Assembly (NCBI GenBank): GCA_051013385.1 | Contig: CP143273.1 | Span: 160,001 to 224,000, forward strand | Length of the DNA: 64,000 nucleotides | Reading direction: 5' to 3' | From: Phormidium sp. | GTDB lineage: Bacteria > Cyanobacteriota > Cyanobacteriia > Cyanobacteriales > Aerosakkonemataceae | Part shown: one piece after another, positions 31,460 to 40,646 of the stretch | How the letters are laid out: each line of letters opens with the position of its first letter | Numbering within the stretch: the first letter of the stretch is position 1 | Translations under genes and position numbers: made by a program | The notes under the pieces: model-generated | Database searches by the model: none | The model's input: only the letters and a program-made list of their open reading frames with translations | Told to the model about the DNA's origin: nothing

Positions 31460-32053
31460 ATGAACAAACACAAGCTATTTGCATCAGAGAATTTGCCTTG
31501 TGGTCAGGACTTGGAAGTAATGACGATCGATCTCCGCCCCGCTACCCCCGCTGATTTGGAACTGCTACGACACTGGGATGAACAACCTCATGTGATTGCT
31601 TGTGATCCCAATGATGACTGGAACTGGGAAATAGAACTGGAACGCATACCTGAATGGAGGGAACAATTAATTGCTCAAATTGACGATCGACCGATTGGAT
31701 TTATCCAGATTATCGATCCAGCAAGGGAGGATAGTCGCTACTGGGGGAATGTGTCAGAGAATCAGCGTGCGATCGATATTTGGATTCCAGAAGAGAGCGA
31801 TTTGGGCAAAGGCTATGGAACAAAAATGATGCAGCTAGCACTGGCTCGATGTTTCGCCGATCCATTAGTGACGGCTGTACTGATCGATCCACTTGCGAGT
31901 AACACTCGTGCCCATCGCTTCTACGAACGCCTTGGCTTTCAATTTATCGAGTTGCAACAATTCGGTGATGATGAGTGCTTCGTTTATCGTTTGAATCGAG
32001 TAGATTGGGATGGCGATCGACTTCACAACCGGGAGCAAAAAGATTTTAATTAA
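31460..32053 (+). CDS. GNAT N-acetyltransferase (AAC(6')-Ib-like fold)
   Basis: IGFIQ, AIDIWI...GKGYG, DPLASNTRAHRFYERLGF; probable start ATG 31520. Confidence 0.85.
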   Translation: MNKHKLFASENLPCGQDLEVMTIDLRPATPADLELLRHWDEQPHVIACDPNDDWNWEIELERIPEWREQLIAQIDDRPIGFIQIIDPAREDSRYWGNVSENQRAIDIWIPEESDLGKGYGTKMMQLALARCFADPLVTAVLIDPLASNTRAHRFYERLGFQFIELQQFGDDECFVYRLNRVDWDGDRLHNREQKDFN

Positions 32054-32078
32054 TATGTCGTTTTTATTCAAAACCCAA

Positions 32079-33076
32079 CTATTTACGTTTTTTACTAGTA
32101 GGGAATTTAGGAGATGATTTGCGTGGTTTAGCAATCACACCATCTTGAATTTCGCCATATACTTTCGACCACCAATGTTGTTGAGAAGTCCACCAAAAAG
32201 CCACATCTTTACAACGCTCTTTTCTATTTTGAGCATTAGAACATCTCAGCATAGTTTTGGCTTCTCCAGTCTTCTTATCAGCATAGCTAAATTTTTCCAA
32301 TGGAGAACTACAAACCGGACAAAGAATCTCTGTCAAATTATCTGCAACGGAAGTAACGGATGGTTTAGATTGTTGTTGGGAATAAGGTAATTCATAATTG
32401 CCAGAACGTTCATTTTTGAACATTACAGCACCACATCCATTTTGGCGGGAATCACAACTCAAAAAATGACCAGCTTTAACTTTAGCTGATTTGGATGGCA
32501 CTTTCACCATTTGTTTACCACACTTAGGACACTGAATATTAGTTATTTCCTGAGTTTTTTTCGTGGAAGTCTTTTGCTTAGTTTCTTTAGTTTGCTGAGT
32601 TAAAGTTGGTTTGATTTGGGGAATTTGGGCAATAGCTTTTTCCAATGCTGGGGCAAAATACTGTTGATTCCAGCTTGTTAGATAATTTTCCCAGTTAAGT
32701 TTGCCAGCTGCGATCGCATCTAGTTGCTGTTCCATATTAGCAGTAAACTCACTGCTAATTAAGTCAGGCAAAACCTGTGCTAAGAAAGCATCTAATTCTC
32801 GACCAAGTTGTGTAGGTTGTAATTTACCTTTAGTTAGTTGCACATATTCACGCTCTTTAAGAGTCTTAATTGTGGGAGAATAAGTACTCGGTCTACCAAT
32901 ACCTTGACGTTCCATTAATTGTACAAGTTTTGGTTCAGTGTAACGTGGTGGTGGTTGCGTTTGCTTTTTCTCCGAATCAGCTTCTTTTAAACGCAAAATT
33001 TGCCCTTGTTGTACTAATTCATATAATTTAGCTTCATCTGCACTTAAAGTATTGTGCATTTGTTCTGGTAATCGGT
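32079..33076 (-). pseudogene. Type IA DNA topoisomerase C-terminal fragment with zinc ribbons
   Basis: TQPPPRYTE, GIGRPSTY, FTANMEQQLDAIA, CPKC; no TOPRIM or active-site Tyr region. Confidence 0.85.
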
Positions 33077-33641
33077 AGCAACTATCGTCAGTTAGCTTCC
33101 CAAGTTCAGCTACTTCACTCCTGCCACCATGCCGAATCGCGTCTTGACAAGCCACTAGAATCAATACTAAAACTGGGAGATGGGACACTAACACTGGGAG
33201 AACTGCTTACTCCAGGTTGGCGACTTCCAAACCTCTCGGATGTATTCCTCTCCTGCTGTGAGACAAATTTAGGAGTTCCTGAATCTCTGGCTGATGAAAT
33301 TCTTACCCTCTCTACGGGCTTTTTGTGCGCTGGGGCAAGAAGCGTTATCAGTACACACTGGTCTGTAGATGACTTGGCTACAGCCCTGTTTTCTATTTTC
33401 TATTATCAGCATCGAAAAGAAGGTAAAAGTCGTCCAGAAGCTTTGCAGCAAGCCCAGAAAAAATTGCGATCGCTAACCCAAGAAGATATCAAATCACTCT
33501 CTCAAAAGCTACAAACCAAGCGTCAAGAGGCCAGAAAACAGCGTAATCAACATCCGCCTGGTTCAGCAGATTATTTGAAATGGGATGGTGAATATCGCAA
33601 GTACGCTGGAGTAACACTTAAGATTGATAAAGTCAAAACTT
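33074..33641 (+). pseudogene. CHAT (caspase-like) domain fragment cut by IS4
   Basis: LLHSCHHAESR...VFLSCCETNLG...GFLCAGARSVISTHWSVDD. Confidence 0.8.
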
Positions 33642-34968
33642 CAGGGGGCGACAACGAAGCTAGAGAGGTTGGTGGATCAGGGTTATAGCTCTCAAACCTC
33701 GTTGATAAAATGATTTTTTATTGGGCGTATAATTAAGCATTTCCTCGACCCATGACTGGCAGGAGTAAAAAGCGGTTAACCAATTTTCCCCATAAAGACC
33801 TATCCAAAAGTTGCTATGTCTCCTTCGACTTCTACCAGGCTCTTGAATCCGACAAACATATTTTTGTTGTCCTTGTAGCTTAGTTCTTTTACCTTGCAAC
33901 CAAGCGGAAGTCATCGCCAAAGCGATTAATAAAATTAAGCTAATTAATCTATTAGGTGATGCTTGAGAAGCTTCCAGATTATAACCACCTGTTTTGCAAT
34001 CTTTAAACATGGCTTCGATGCCATAACCTTGACGATAAACACGAATTGCACTTTTTAAATCCGGGAGATTAGTCAACAAATACCAAGGCTCTTTCTCTGG
34101 TTCATTTTTATATTTTTTCTTCCAGGAAACGGCTAAATTAAATCGATTAAAGCCCTTGTTCTGCGTGAAACTAATATGCTCGTAGAATAAATGAATACCT
34201 GGTTGAATCGGGATAGTGCTAAAAGGTTGGAACTTCTGTCTTTTTTGGCGGAAAGTAGTGGTGCATTTTTGCCGAAGTACGAAGCCCAGATGCTGACGGT
34301 GTAACCATTGCGCTAGTTCTATACTCTGAAACTCTCTATCCCCAATAATCACTAATTTATATTTGCTTAATAATCGGATTACTGGACGTAATACTTGTTT
34401 TTGTTCCGCGAAGTTACAAGCTCCTTTTTTATCTAACAACATCCAAAATATGGGGAAAGCTCTTTTTTGATGAATCACACTCACCATCAAAACATTATTT
34501 TCTTTCCACTGCGTTCTGTCCAAAGCGATAATCAGTTGGCTTCCCGGCTTTATTTGACGAGATATTACTTCTTTAATAATCGGAAACCACAGCGCCAATA
34601 CGCTTAATTTGCGTAAAGATAAGAAACGCTGAATATGACGACGACGGCTATTTTCTAGAATCGGTAACGGTAAGGTTGCTGCCAGTCTTTCTATCCTGAC
34701 TTGTTTTTGAGACTGTAATAACCACACTAGCATCTTTAAGGTAATCAACTGTGCTGGCAAAAGATATCTTTCCAGGTATTTCTGATAGAATGATGGCATC
34801 ATTTTGATACTGGTCTTGTGAAATTAACTAGAGCTTTCCTTATTTATCACAATTTGCGACTTTTTTCTCTATCAAGAGCCTGTTCTCAATAAGTCATGAT
34901 TTTTTCGACCGGGTTTGAGCCACCAAACCCTTAGCCTGTATTGGTTCGGGGGCGCTTGTCGCCCCCTG
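33642..34968 (-). mobile_element. IS4 family insertion sequence
   Basis: TIR CAGGGGGCGACAA / TTGTCGCCCCCTG; no target duplication seen. Confidence 0.9.
33660..34802 (-). CDS. IS4 family transposase
   Basis: LDRTQW, GDREF, WYLLTNL, YRQGYGIEAMFKDCK (YREK-like, Arg replaced by Gly). Confidence 0.9.
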   Translation of the reverse strand: MMPSFYQKYLERYLLPAQLITLKMLVWLLQSQKQVRIERLAATLPLPILENSRRRHIQRFLSLRKLSVLALWFPIIKEVISRQIKPGSQLIIALDRTQWKENNVLMVSVIHQKRAFPIFWMLLDKKGACNFAEQKQVLRPVIRLLSKYKLVIIGDREFQSIELAQWLHRQHLGFVLRQKCTTTFRQKRQKFQPFSTIPIQPGIHLFYEHISFTQNKGFNRFNLAVSWKKKYKNEPEKEPWYLLTNLPDLKSAIRVYRQGYGIEAMFKDCKTGGYNLEASQASPNRLISLILLIALAMTSAWLQGKRTKLQGQQKYVCRIQEPGRSRRRHSNFWIGLYGENWLTAFYSCQSWVEEMLNYTPNKKSFYQRGLRAITLIHQPL

Positions 34969-35400
34969 AACAGTATTACTCTTACCGCCATCTTTGTCGT
35001 CAGCAACGCCTTTTAATTGATATTTCCCAGGAGTCAAATCACGAATCGAATAGTTGAACCATCCCCAGCGTTCATCCTTACTATAAGTATTAAACTTAGT
35101 CGCTGTTTGGATATCTTCTTTCGAGTCGCCAATCTTGTGCAGCGAGAATTCCACTTTATCTAAATCACTAGCACCACTAGCATCAAACACCCAAGCATCC
35201 TTGAGGCGAACGGATGTATTTTTATAGTATTCTTCCTGGGTAGTGCTGAATTTTAAATGTTTCGGTGCAGGATTTTTCTTGCTATTTTCTCCACCTGCAT
35301 TTTCTGGTAAATCTAACGGCGCAGTCGGTTCTTGTTCTAATCCCGATAATGTTTTAGGTAGCGTTACAGTTGGGTTGAGTTTATCTCCATCAACAGGCGA
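34969..35400 (-). pseudogene. Fragment of an extracellular protein with an Ig-like beta domain
   Basis: VFDASGASDLDKVEF...LTPGKYQLKGVADDKDG, cut by the IS4 end. Confidence 0.5.
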
Positions 35401-35629
35401 TTCCCATAATTTATCAACTTATCGCCGCAAATTTAAGAATTTTCATCGAAAATTCATTGAGTCAAAATAATTTGCTAAAATAGCGATTCTCTGGGCTAAT
35501 TTAGCTTGATATTTATCGGTTTTTACGGAAATTATTAAAGAGAAAATTCAGGGTATTATATAGTTAAAGTAATTTAACTGAAGGTCATTTCGCAGCTAAG
35601 TATTTTCACTAAATATTTGGGTGAAAAAA

Positions 35630-35679
35630 GTACGTTGTTGTGCTTGATCACTAGTGGCGCTGAAGCGCAACAACGTACT
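35630..35679. repeat. REP-like family ending GCGCT(G/A)AAGCGCAACAAC; copies also at about 48920-48985 and 55907-55959
   Basis: GTACGTTGTTG...CAACAACGTAC terminal inverted repeats. Confidence 0.8.
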
Positions 35680-35686
35680 TAGAAAG

Positions 35687-37414
35687 TTAATACTTTCTTT
35701 CTTGGGGTTCAAACATGGTGATACTCACGGGTTTATATTGAATATCAATGCCTGCTGGAGAATAGTAAGCTAAGGTATGTTTGAGGAAGTTGCTATCATC
35801 TCTTTCGGGAAAATCTTCTCGATAATGAGCACCGCGACTTTCTTGACGGTTTAAGGCAGAGGATAAGATTAATTCTCCCACAATCATCAAGCTACGAAGT
35901 TCGATGGCTTCCATAATTTCCGTATTCCAAACTGTCCCCTTATCGTCAAGATAAATATTGTCGTATTGTGCTTTTAACTGTTGCAATTGGTTTAATCCTT
36001 CTTGCATTAATTCCGCAGTACGAAATACGCCACAATATTGAGTCATGCAATCTTGGAAAGTTTGGCGCAATTTGGCAATTCGGATTTCTCCCTTTTGCTC
36101 AAAAAGAGATTGAATTTGTTGTTTTGCTTGAGCTAAATATGGTCTTTCGTTCAGTTCGGGGAGTTTCCGATTTTGGACATATTGTGCGATCGCAGCCCCA
36201 GTTCTTCTGCCATATACAACACATTCCAACAACGAGTTACTTCCCAAACGATTCGCACCATGAACCGAAACACAAGCAGCTTCACCCGCAGCAAAGAAAC
36301 CTTCTACCAAACTATCAGCACTACTGCGAACTTGACCATCAGTATTAACCGGAATTCCACCCATTGAATAATGTGCAGTGGGACGCACAGGCATGGGTTT
36401 TTCTACCGCATCAATTCCTAATAATCGATGTGCTTCTTCCCACGCAAAGGGAATGCGACTCATGATTTTTTCCCTTCCCATCTGGCGCAAATCCAAGAAG
36501 ACAAAAGGCCCTCCGCAGCTACCATCAGGATGGATACCTCTAAGAGCGCGGATTTCCAAACCGATCGCTCTTGAGGTAATATCACGAGGAGCAAGTTCCA
36601 TTCTGCTAGGGGCGTAAGTTGCCATGAAGCGATCGCCATTACAATTAATTAAATAAGCACCCTCGCCTCTTACTGCTTCCGAAATTAACACACCTACCGG
36701 ATACAAACCAGTCGGGTGAAACTGCACAAACTCCATATCCTCCAACGGAACACCCGCCAAAGCAGACATTGCCAAACCATCACCAGTCGAGGCATAGTCA
36801 TTAGAAGTAGTATTAAACGCCCGACCATAACCACCAGTAGCAAACATGATAACTTTGGCACGGGCAACTTGCATCTCGCCATCCCGAATGCGGTACATGA
36901 CAACGCCTTTCGCTTGTCCTTCCTCCAAAATTAACCGCATCACATACCATTCGTCGTAAATATGCACGCCGTAGCGACGGAGATTATTCACTAATTCGTG
37001 TAAGATGGCATGACCTGTTTTATCAGCAGCGTAACAGGTGCGACGATGGGAATGTCCGCCGAAAGCACGTTGGGCGATGCGACCATCAGGCAACCGCGAG
37101 AATAACACACCCATGTGTTCCAAGTCAATCAGCACATCTGGCGCTTCACGGGTGAGAAGTTCTACCGCATCTTGGTCTGCTAAATAATCGGAACCTTTGA
37201 CAGTATCAAAAGCATGAGCTTTCCAAGTATCTTCCAAGTCTACATTATTCAGAGTAGCGGCGATACCACCTTGAGCGGCGACAGAGTGAGAACGAATCGG
37301 GTGAGTTTTAGCGATTACAGCTACATTTAATTTTGGATCGGTCCGGGCAATTTCCACAGCGGCGCGACACCCAGCTAATCCCCCACCAATAATAATGACA
37401 TCGTGTTCTAACAT
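35687..37414 (-). CDS. sdhA: Succinate dehydrogenase/fumarate reductase flavoprotein subunit
   Basis: GGGLAG, RSHSVAAQGG, QFHPT, HGANRLGSNSL, ESRGAH. Confidence 0.93.
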   Translation of the reverse strand: MLEHDVIIIGGGLAGCRAAVEIARTDPKLNVAVIAKTHPIRSHSVAAQGGIAATLNNVDLEDTWKAHAFDTVKGSDYLADQDAVELLTREAPDVLIDLEHMGVLFSRLPDGRIAQRAFGGHSHRRTCYAADKTGHAILHELVNNLRRYGVHIYDEWYVMRLILEEGQAKGVVMYRIRDGEMQVARAKVIMFATGGYGRAFNTTSNDYASTGDGLAMSALAGVPLEDMEFVQFHPTGLYPVGVLISEAVRGEGAYLINCNGDRFMATYAPSRMELAPRDITSRAIGLEIRALRGIHPDGSCGGPFVFLDLRQMGREKIMSRIPFAWEEAHRLLGIDAVEKPMPVRPTAHYSMGGIPVNTDGQVRSSADSLVEGFFAAGEAACVSVHGANRLGSNSLLECVVYGRRTGAAIAQYVQNRKLPELNERPYLAQAKQQIQSLFEQKGEIRIAKLRQTFQDCMTQYCGVFRTAELMQEGLNQLQQLKAQYDNIYLDDKGTVWNTEIMEAIELRSLMIVGELILSSALNRQESRGAHYREDFPERDDSNFLKHTLAYYSPAGIDIQYKPVSITMFEPQERKY

Positions 37415-37632
37415 TCTCAAGTTTTAGATTCAGATTTTCTTCTTTATCTATGGTTACTCACAAAAAAAATTCCCCGCAAAATGCAGGGAAATTCTTTATA
37501 TAGCAGAAGGGAAGAAAGGCTAAAGGGTAAAATTTTCAGATGTAGGGGCGGGTTTAGCAGATAACCTTTTAATGCCAGTAAAAGAATTAAAACAAAACCC
37601 GCCCCTCTGCCCCTCTGCCCCTCTGCCCCTTC

Positions 37633-37944
37633 TCAAGTAGCTTCAGCAGGTTTTGCTTTAGGTAAATTTACCGGACTAGTGCGTGTACTTTCTGTGGCAT
37701 CAATGGGTTTAAATTCAATGTGATTTAATAGAGTGGTGACGAAAGCAAAAAGTAAGAAGGGTAGAGACAGAACTACGATTAGTCCAACAGCAGCTAAAGC
37801 GTAAATTTGGCGACTAGTACTCCATAATGCTAAAGCAGAGGCTAAAGAGAGGAAAATTACAATTAACCAAACTACTATTTGACCGTAAATATCGCCAAAG
37901 GTAAGAGTGCAAACCATCCGATACTTTTGTATCTCATTCGCCAT
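37633..37944 (-). CDS. Small 2-TM conserved hypothetical protein
   Basis: YRMVCTLTFGDIYGQIVVWLIVIF; GAGGA RBS. Confidence 0.75.
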   Translation of the reverse strand: MANEIQKYRMVCTLTFGDIYGQIVVWLIVIFLSLASALALWSTSRQIYALAAVGLIVVLSLPFLLFAFVTTLLNHIEFKPIDATESTRTSPVNLPKAKPAEAT

Positions 37945-38139
37945 GATCTGATCCTCGTAATATTGCTATAAATTTCTACATTAAAGTTTGAATTAGGGTT
38001 TGGTTGATTTTTCAAGATTTTTTTAAATATTTGCAATATAACTTTACAATTTGTTGAAGGTTTGTCAGGAAATAAAATTAATTTAAAGTAGGCAAAAGTA
38101 TCAATTATTACTGAACATTAGGGAAGTGATTTACTAGAT

Positions 38140-38859
38140 ATGAGATTATTTCATCCAGCGACGATTAAACGCTACAGTAAAGTAGGATTGTTTAGCTTAA
38201 TTGCGATCGACACCATCCTCGCTCTAATCTATTTTATTAGTGCTTTAACTACAGGCAAACCTTTAGGGGTTTTTAATTTCGATCGCCAATGGTCAATCCC
38301 TGTAATCTATTCAGCAATTCAACTTCTTCTAATTGGAATTTGCTTAGTAATTGCAGCTTTCCGAAAAAAGCGTTCTGCACCGCTTCCTTCCCGTTGGTTC
38401 CTCTTAGCCGTAGGTGTAGGATTTCTCGATTTATTCATCGAAAAACTGTTTAAATTTCACTCCTCCGAATTACCAAAGTTCCTCAATTCTTTAGCTTGGA
38501 TGCCTCGATTTCCCGGTGGGGGTGGTGCTTGGATATTTGTCTATGTACCAGCAGGAATTATCATCATCTTGCTTGGTTATCGGGACTTAATTGCACTTTG
38601 GAAAGCTTATCCTAAAGGAACATTTATTACAATATTAGGAGTCGCCCTTTCATTTGCTGGCGGAGTATTTTTAGATTTTATCTATTACTTATTTTTGCAA
38701 GTTAAATTCGCGCAAATGGCAGAAAATGGCAACTCGTTAGCCTTGATTTTATCTACTTTAAAAATCACCATTGAGGAATTTTTAGAAATGTTTGGCGAAA
38801 GTATCACTCTCTACGGTTTGAGTTTATTTTTAGTGAAGCGATTAGAACGCAATATTTAA
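38140..38859 (+). CDS. Multi-pass membrane protein
   Basis: About 6 hydrophobic helices; IEEFLEMFG motif. Confidence 0.7.
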   Translation: MRLFHPATIKRYSKVGLFSLIAIDTILALIYFISALTTGKPLGVFNFDRQWSIPVIYSAIQLLLIGICLVIAAFRKKRSAPLPSRWFLLAVGVGFLDLFIEKLFKFHSSELPKFLNSLAWMPRFPGGGGAWIFVYVPAGIIIILLGYRDLIALWKAYPKGTFITILGVALSFAGGVFLDFIYYLFLQVKFAQMAENGNSLALILSTLKITIEEFLEMFGESITLYGLSLFLVKRLERNI

Positions 38860-38895
38860 TTCAAAAAACGGATTCTGCTATAATAGAAGCCATTG

Positions 38896-39012
38896 TACCA
38901 AATCTGGCTTAAATACCCCCGTTATTCTTTAGTCCGCGTAGGCGGACTTTGTTTGTGTAGAGGTGATTTCAATCGCCCAATTATATAGGAGGTAGCTAAC
39001 CCGGATTTGGTA
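38896..39012. mobile_element. MITE-like element with imperfect TIRs
   Basis: TACCAAATCTGG...CCGGATTTGGTA; internal hairpin AGTCCGC-gtag-GCGGACT. Confidence 0.55.
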
Positions 39013-39061
39013 TTATTTGCACTTTTGCGGATTTTAAATCGTTTAATTTGGAGGTTATAAG

Positions 39062-39307
39062 ATGAGTTTAATTATTTCTGATGACATCGTAAAAGCGAGT
39101 GGATTATCTGAAGATAAGTTACTAATAGAAGTGATTTTGATGTTATTTCAGCAGGAAAAAATAACTTTAGGAAAAGCCGCCGAATTATTAAATACATCTC
39201 AAATTAGCTTTCAGAAATTGATAGCAGAACGCGGGATTAACATTCATTATGATGTAGATGAATTGCAAGAAGATATCCAGCACTTAAAAGCCAAAGGATG
39301 GCTATGA
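39062..39307 (+). CDS. UPF0175 family antitoxin
   Basis: LFQQEKITLGKAAELL...HYDVDELQED. Confidence 0.88.
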   Translation: MSLIISDDIVKASGLSEDKLLIEVILMLFQQEKITLGKAAELLNTSQISFQKLIAERGINIHYDVDELQEDIQHLKAKGWL

Positions 39308-39804
39308 TTATTGTCAGCGATACATCTCCCATCAATGGATTAGCAATAGTGGGTTATCTTTCATTATTGCAACAACTTTATGAACGGGTGTTAATTCCTC
39401 CTGCGGTTGCAGATGAACTGAGGCGAGGGGGTGAGGATGATTCGCGGATTATAGATGCCTTATCCTTGGATTGGATTGAGGTTTATCAACCAAGCGATTA
39501 CCAACTGGTGGAAACCCTACAAACAGAATACAATTTAGATCGGGGAGAATCAGAAGCTATTGCACTAGCCTTGGAACTCAATGCAGAAGAATTGTTGATT
39601 GATGAACGATTAGGACGTAGGCAAGCTATCCGTTTGGGGCTGTCTATTACGGGTTTATTGGGTATTTTGCTGGTAGCTAAACGTCGGGGATTAGTGAGAG
39701 AAATTCGACCCATAATCGATAATTTAATTGAGCAAGCAAGCTTTCGGGTGAGCGATTCTTTATATATAGAGGTATTGGCGGCAGCTAGTGAAACTAGCGA
39801 CTAA
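39304..39804 (+). CDS. DUF3368 PIN-domain toxin
   Basis: IVSDTSP, GESEAIALA, IDERLGR, GLLGIL. Confidence 0.88.
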   Translation: MIIVSDTSPINGLAIVGYLSLLQQLYERVLIPPAVADELRRGGEDDSRIIDALSLDWIEVYQPSDYQLVETLQTEYNLDRGESEAIALALELNAEELLIDERLGRRQAIRLGLSITGLLGILLVAKRRGLVREIRPIIDNLIEQASFRVSDSLYIEVLAAASETSD

Positions 39805-39871
39805 CTAAGAAACTGGGTTTATGCCATAATTAAGGTATTCCTACCTCAAAGGAAAGGAGATTTAAAAAATA

Positions 39872-40102
39872 ATGAAGGACTCAGAAGTTAGATATATCAC
39901 AGATTCTCATGGCAACCAAACGGCGGTAGTGATTCCCATTGATTTATGGAGGAAAATTCTACCGGAAGATAGTCAGTCTATCGAAACAATAACTGAAAGT
40001 ATTGAAGATTATTGCTTGAATAAAGCCATGAATGAGGCAAAAGAAACTCCTTTGCTCAGTCGGGAACAAGCTCTTGAATCTTTAGCGGAGGCGGAGGATT
40101 GA
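39872..40102 (+). CDS. Antitoxin-like protein
   Basis: YITDSHGNQTAVVIPI...EDYCLNKAM. Confidence 0.7.
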   Translation: MKDSEVRYITDSHGNQTAVVIPIDLWRKILPEDSQSIETITESIEDYCLNKAMNEAKETPLLSREQALESLAEAED

Positions 40103-40203
40103 ATATTGAGTATAGAACTCTATTTTTGAGGGATTTGAAGAAGCTGAAAGAACAAGAGATTTATTCGTCTATTTATGAATTAGTCTGGGGAACAAAACTA
40201 TGA
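40099..40203 (+). pseudogene. RelE-like toxin stub
   Basis: TTG start overlapping antitoxin stop; NIEYRTLFLRDLKKLK, stops after 34 codons. Confidence 0.6.
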
Positions 40204-40388
40204 AAGGGATTCAATTTGTTGTGAATGAGGCGGGGGAAAAGCAGGCGGTATTGATTGATTTAGCCCAGTGGGGTGAGTTGTGGGAAGATTTTTATGATTT
40301 GTTGGTAGCCCATACTCGTCAGGATGAGGAAGAGGTTTCTTGGCAGGATCTTAAGCAAGAAATCGAGGCTCAAGCTAATGACAAATGA
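40200..40388 (+). CDS. Antitoxin-like protein
   Basis: IQFVVNEAGEKQAVLIDL; overlaps RelE gene. Confidence 0.7.
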   Translation: MKGIQFVVNEAGEKQAVLIDLAQWGELWEDFYDLLVAHTRQDEEEVSWQDLKQEIEAQANDK

Positions 40389-40644
40389 GGATTATACAAT
40401 CCGTTTTAAAAACTCTGCGGCTAAGGAGTTGAGATCGCTAGATATCAATCTTCAGGTACGCATTGGCGAGGAGATAGATCGCTTAACTTTAAAACCTCGT
40501 CCAGAAGGTGTGGTGAAGTTGAAAGGGAGCGATTTTTATCGGATTCGGATCGGTGATTATCGGGTGGTTTATATTATCGATGATCAGGAGAGGATAGTGC
40601 GGATCGTGCGGGTGAGGCATCGGCGGGATGCCTATCGTGGTTAG
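40378..40644 (+). CDS. RelE family toxin
   Basis: SAAKEL...PRPEGVVKLKG..YRIRIGDYRVVY...RHRRDAY. Confidence 0.9.
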   Translation: MTNEDYTIRFKNSAAKELRSLDINLQVRIGEEIDRLTLKPRPEGVVKLKGSDFYRIRIGDYRVVYIIDDQERIVRIVRVRHRRDAYRG

Positions 40645-40646
40645 TT

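Noticed and set aside
31460..32053. Aminoglycoside resistance gene call
   Set aside because: Fold similarity only; substrate cannot be inferred
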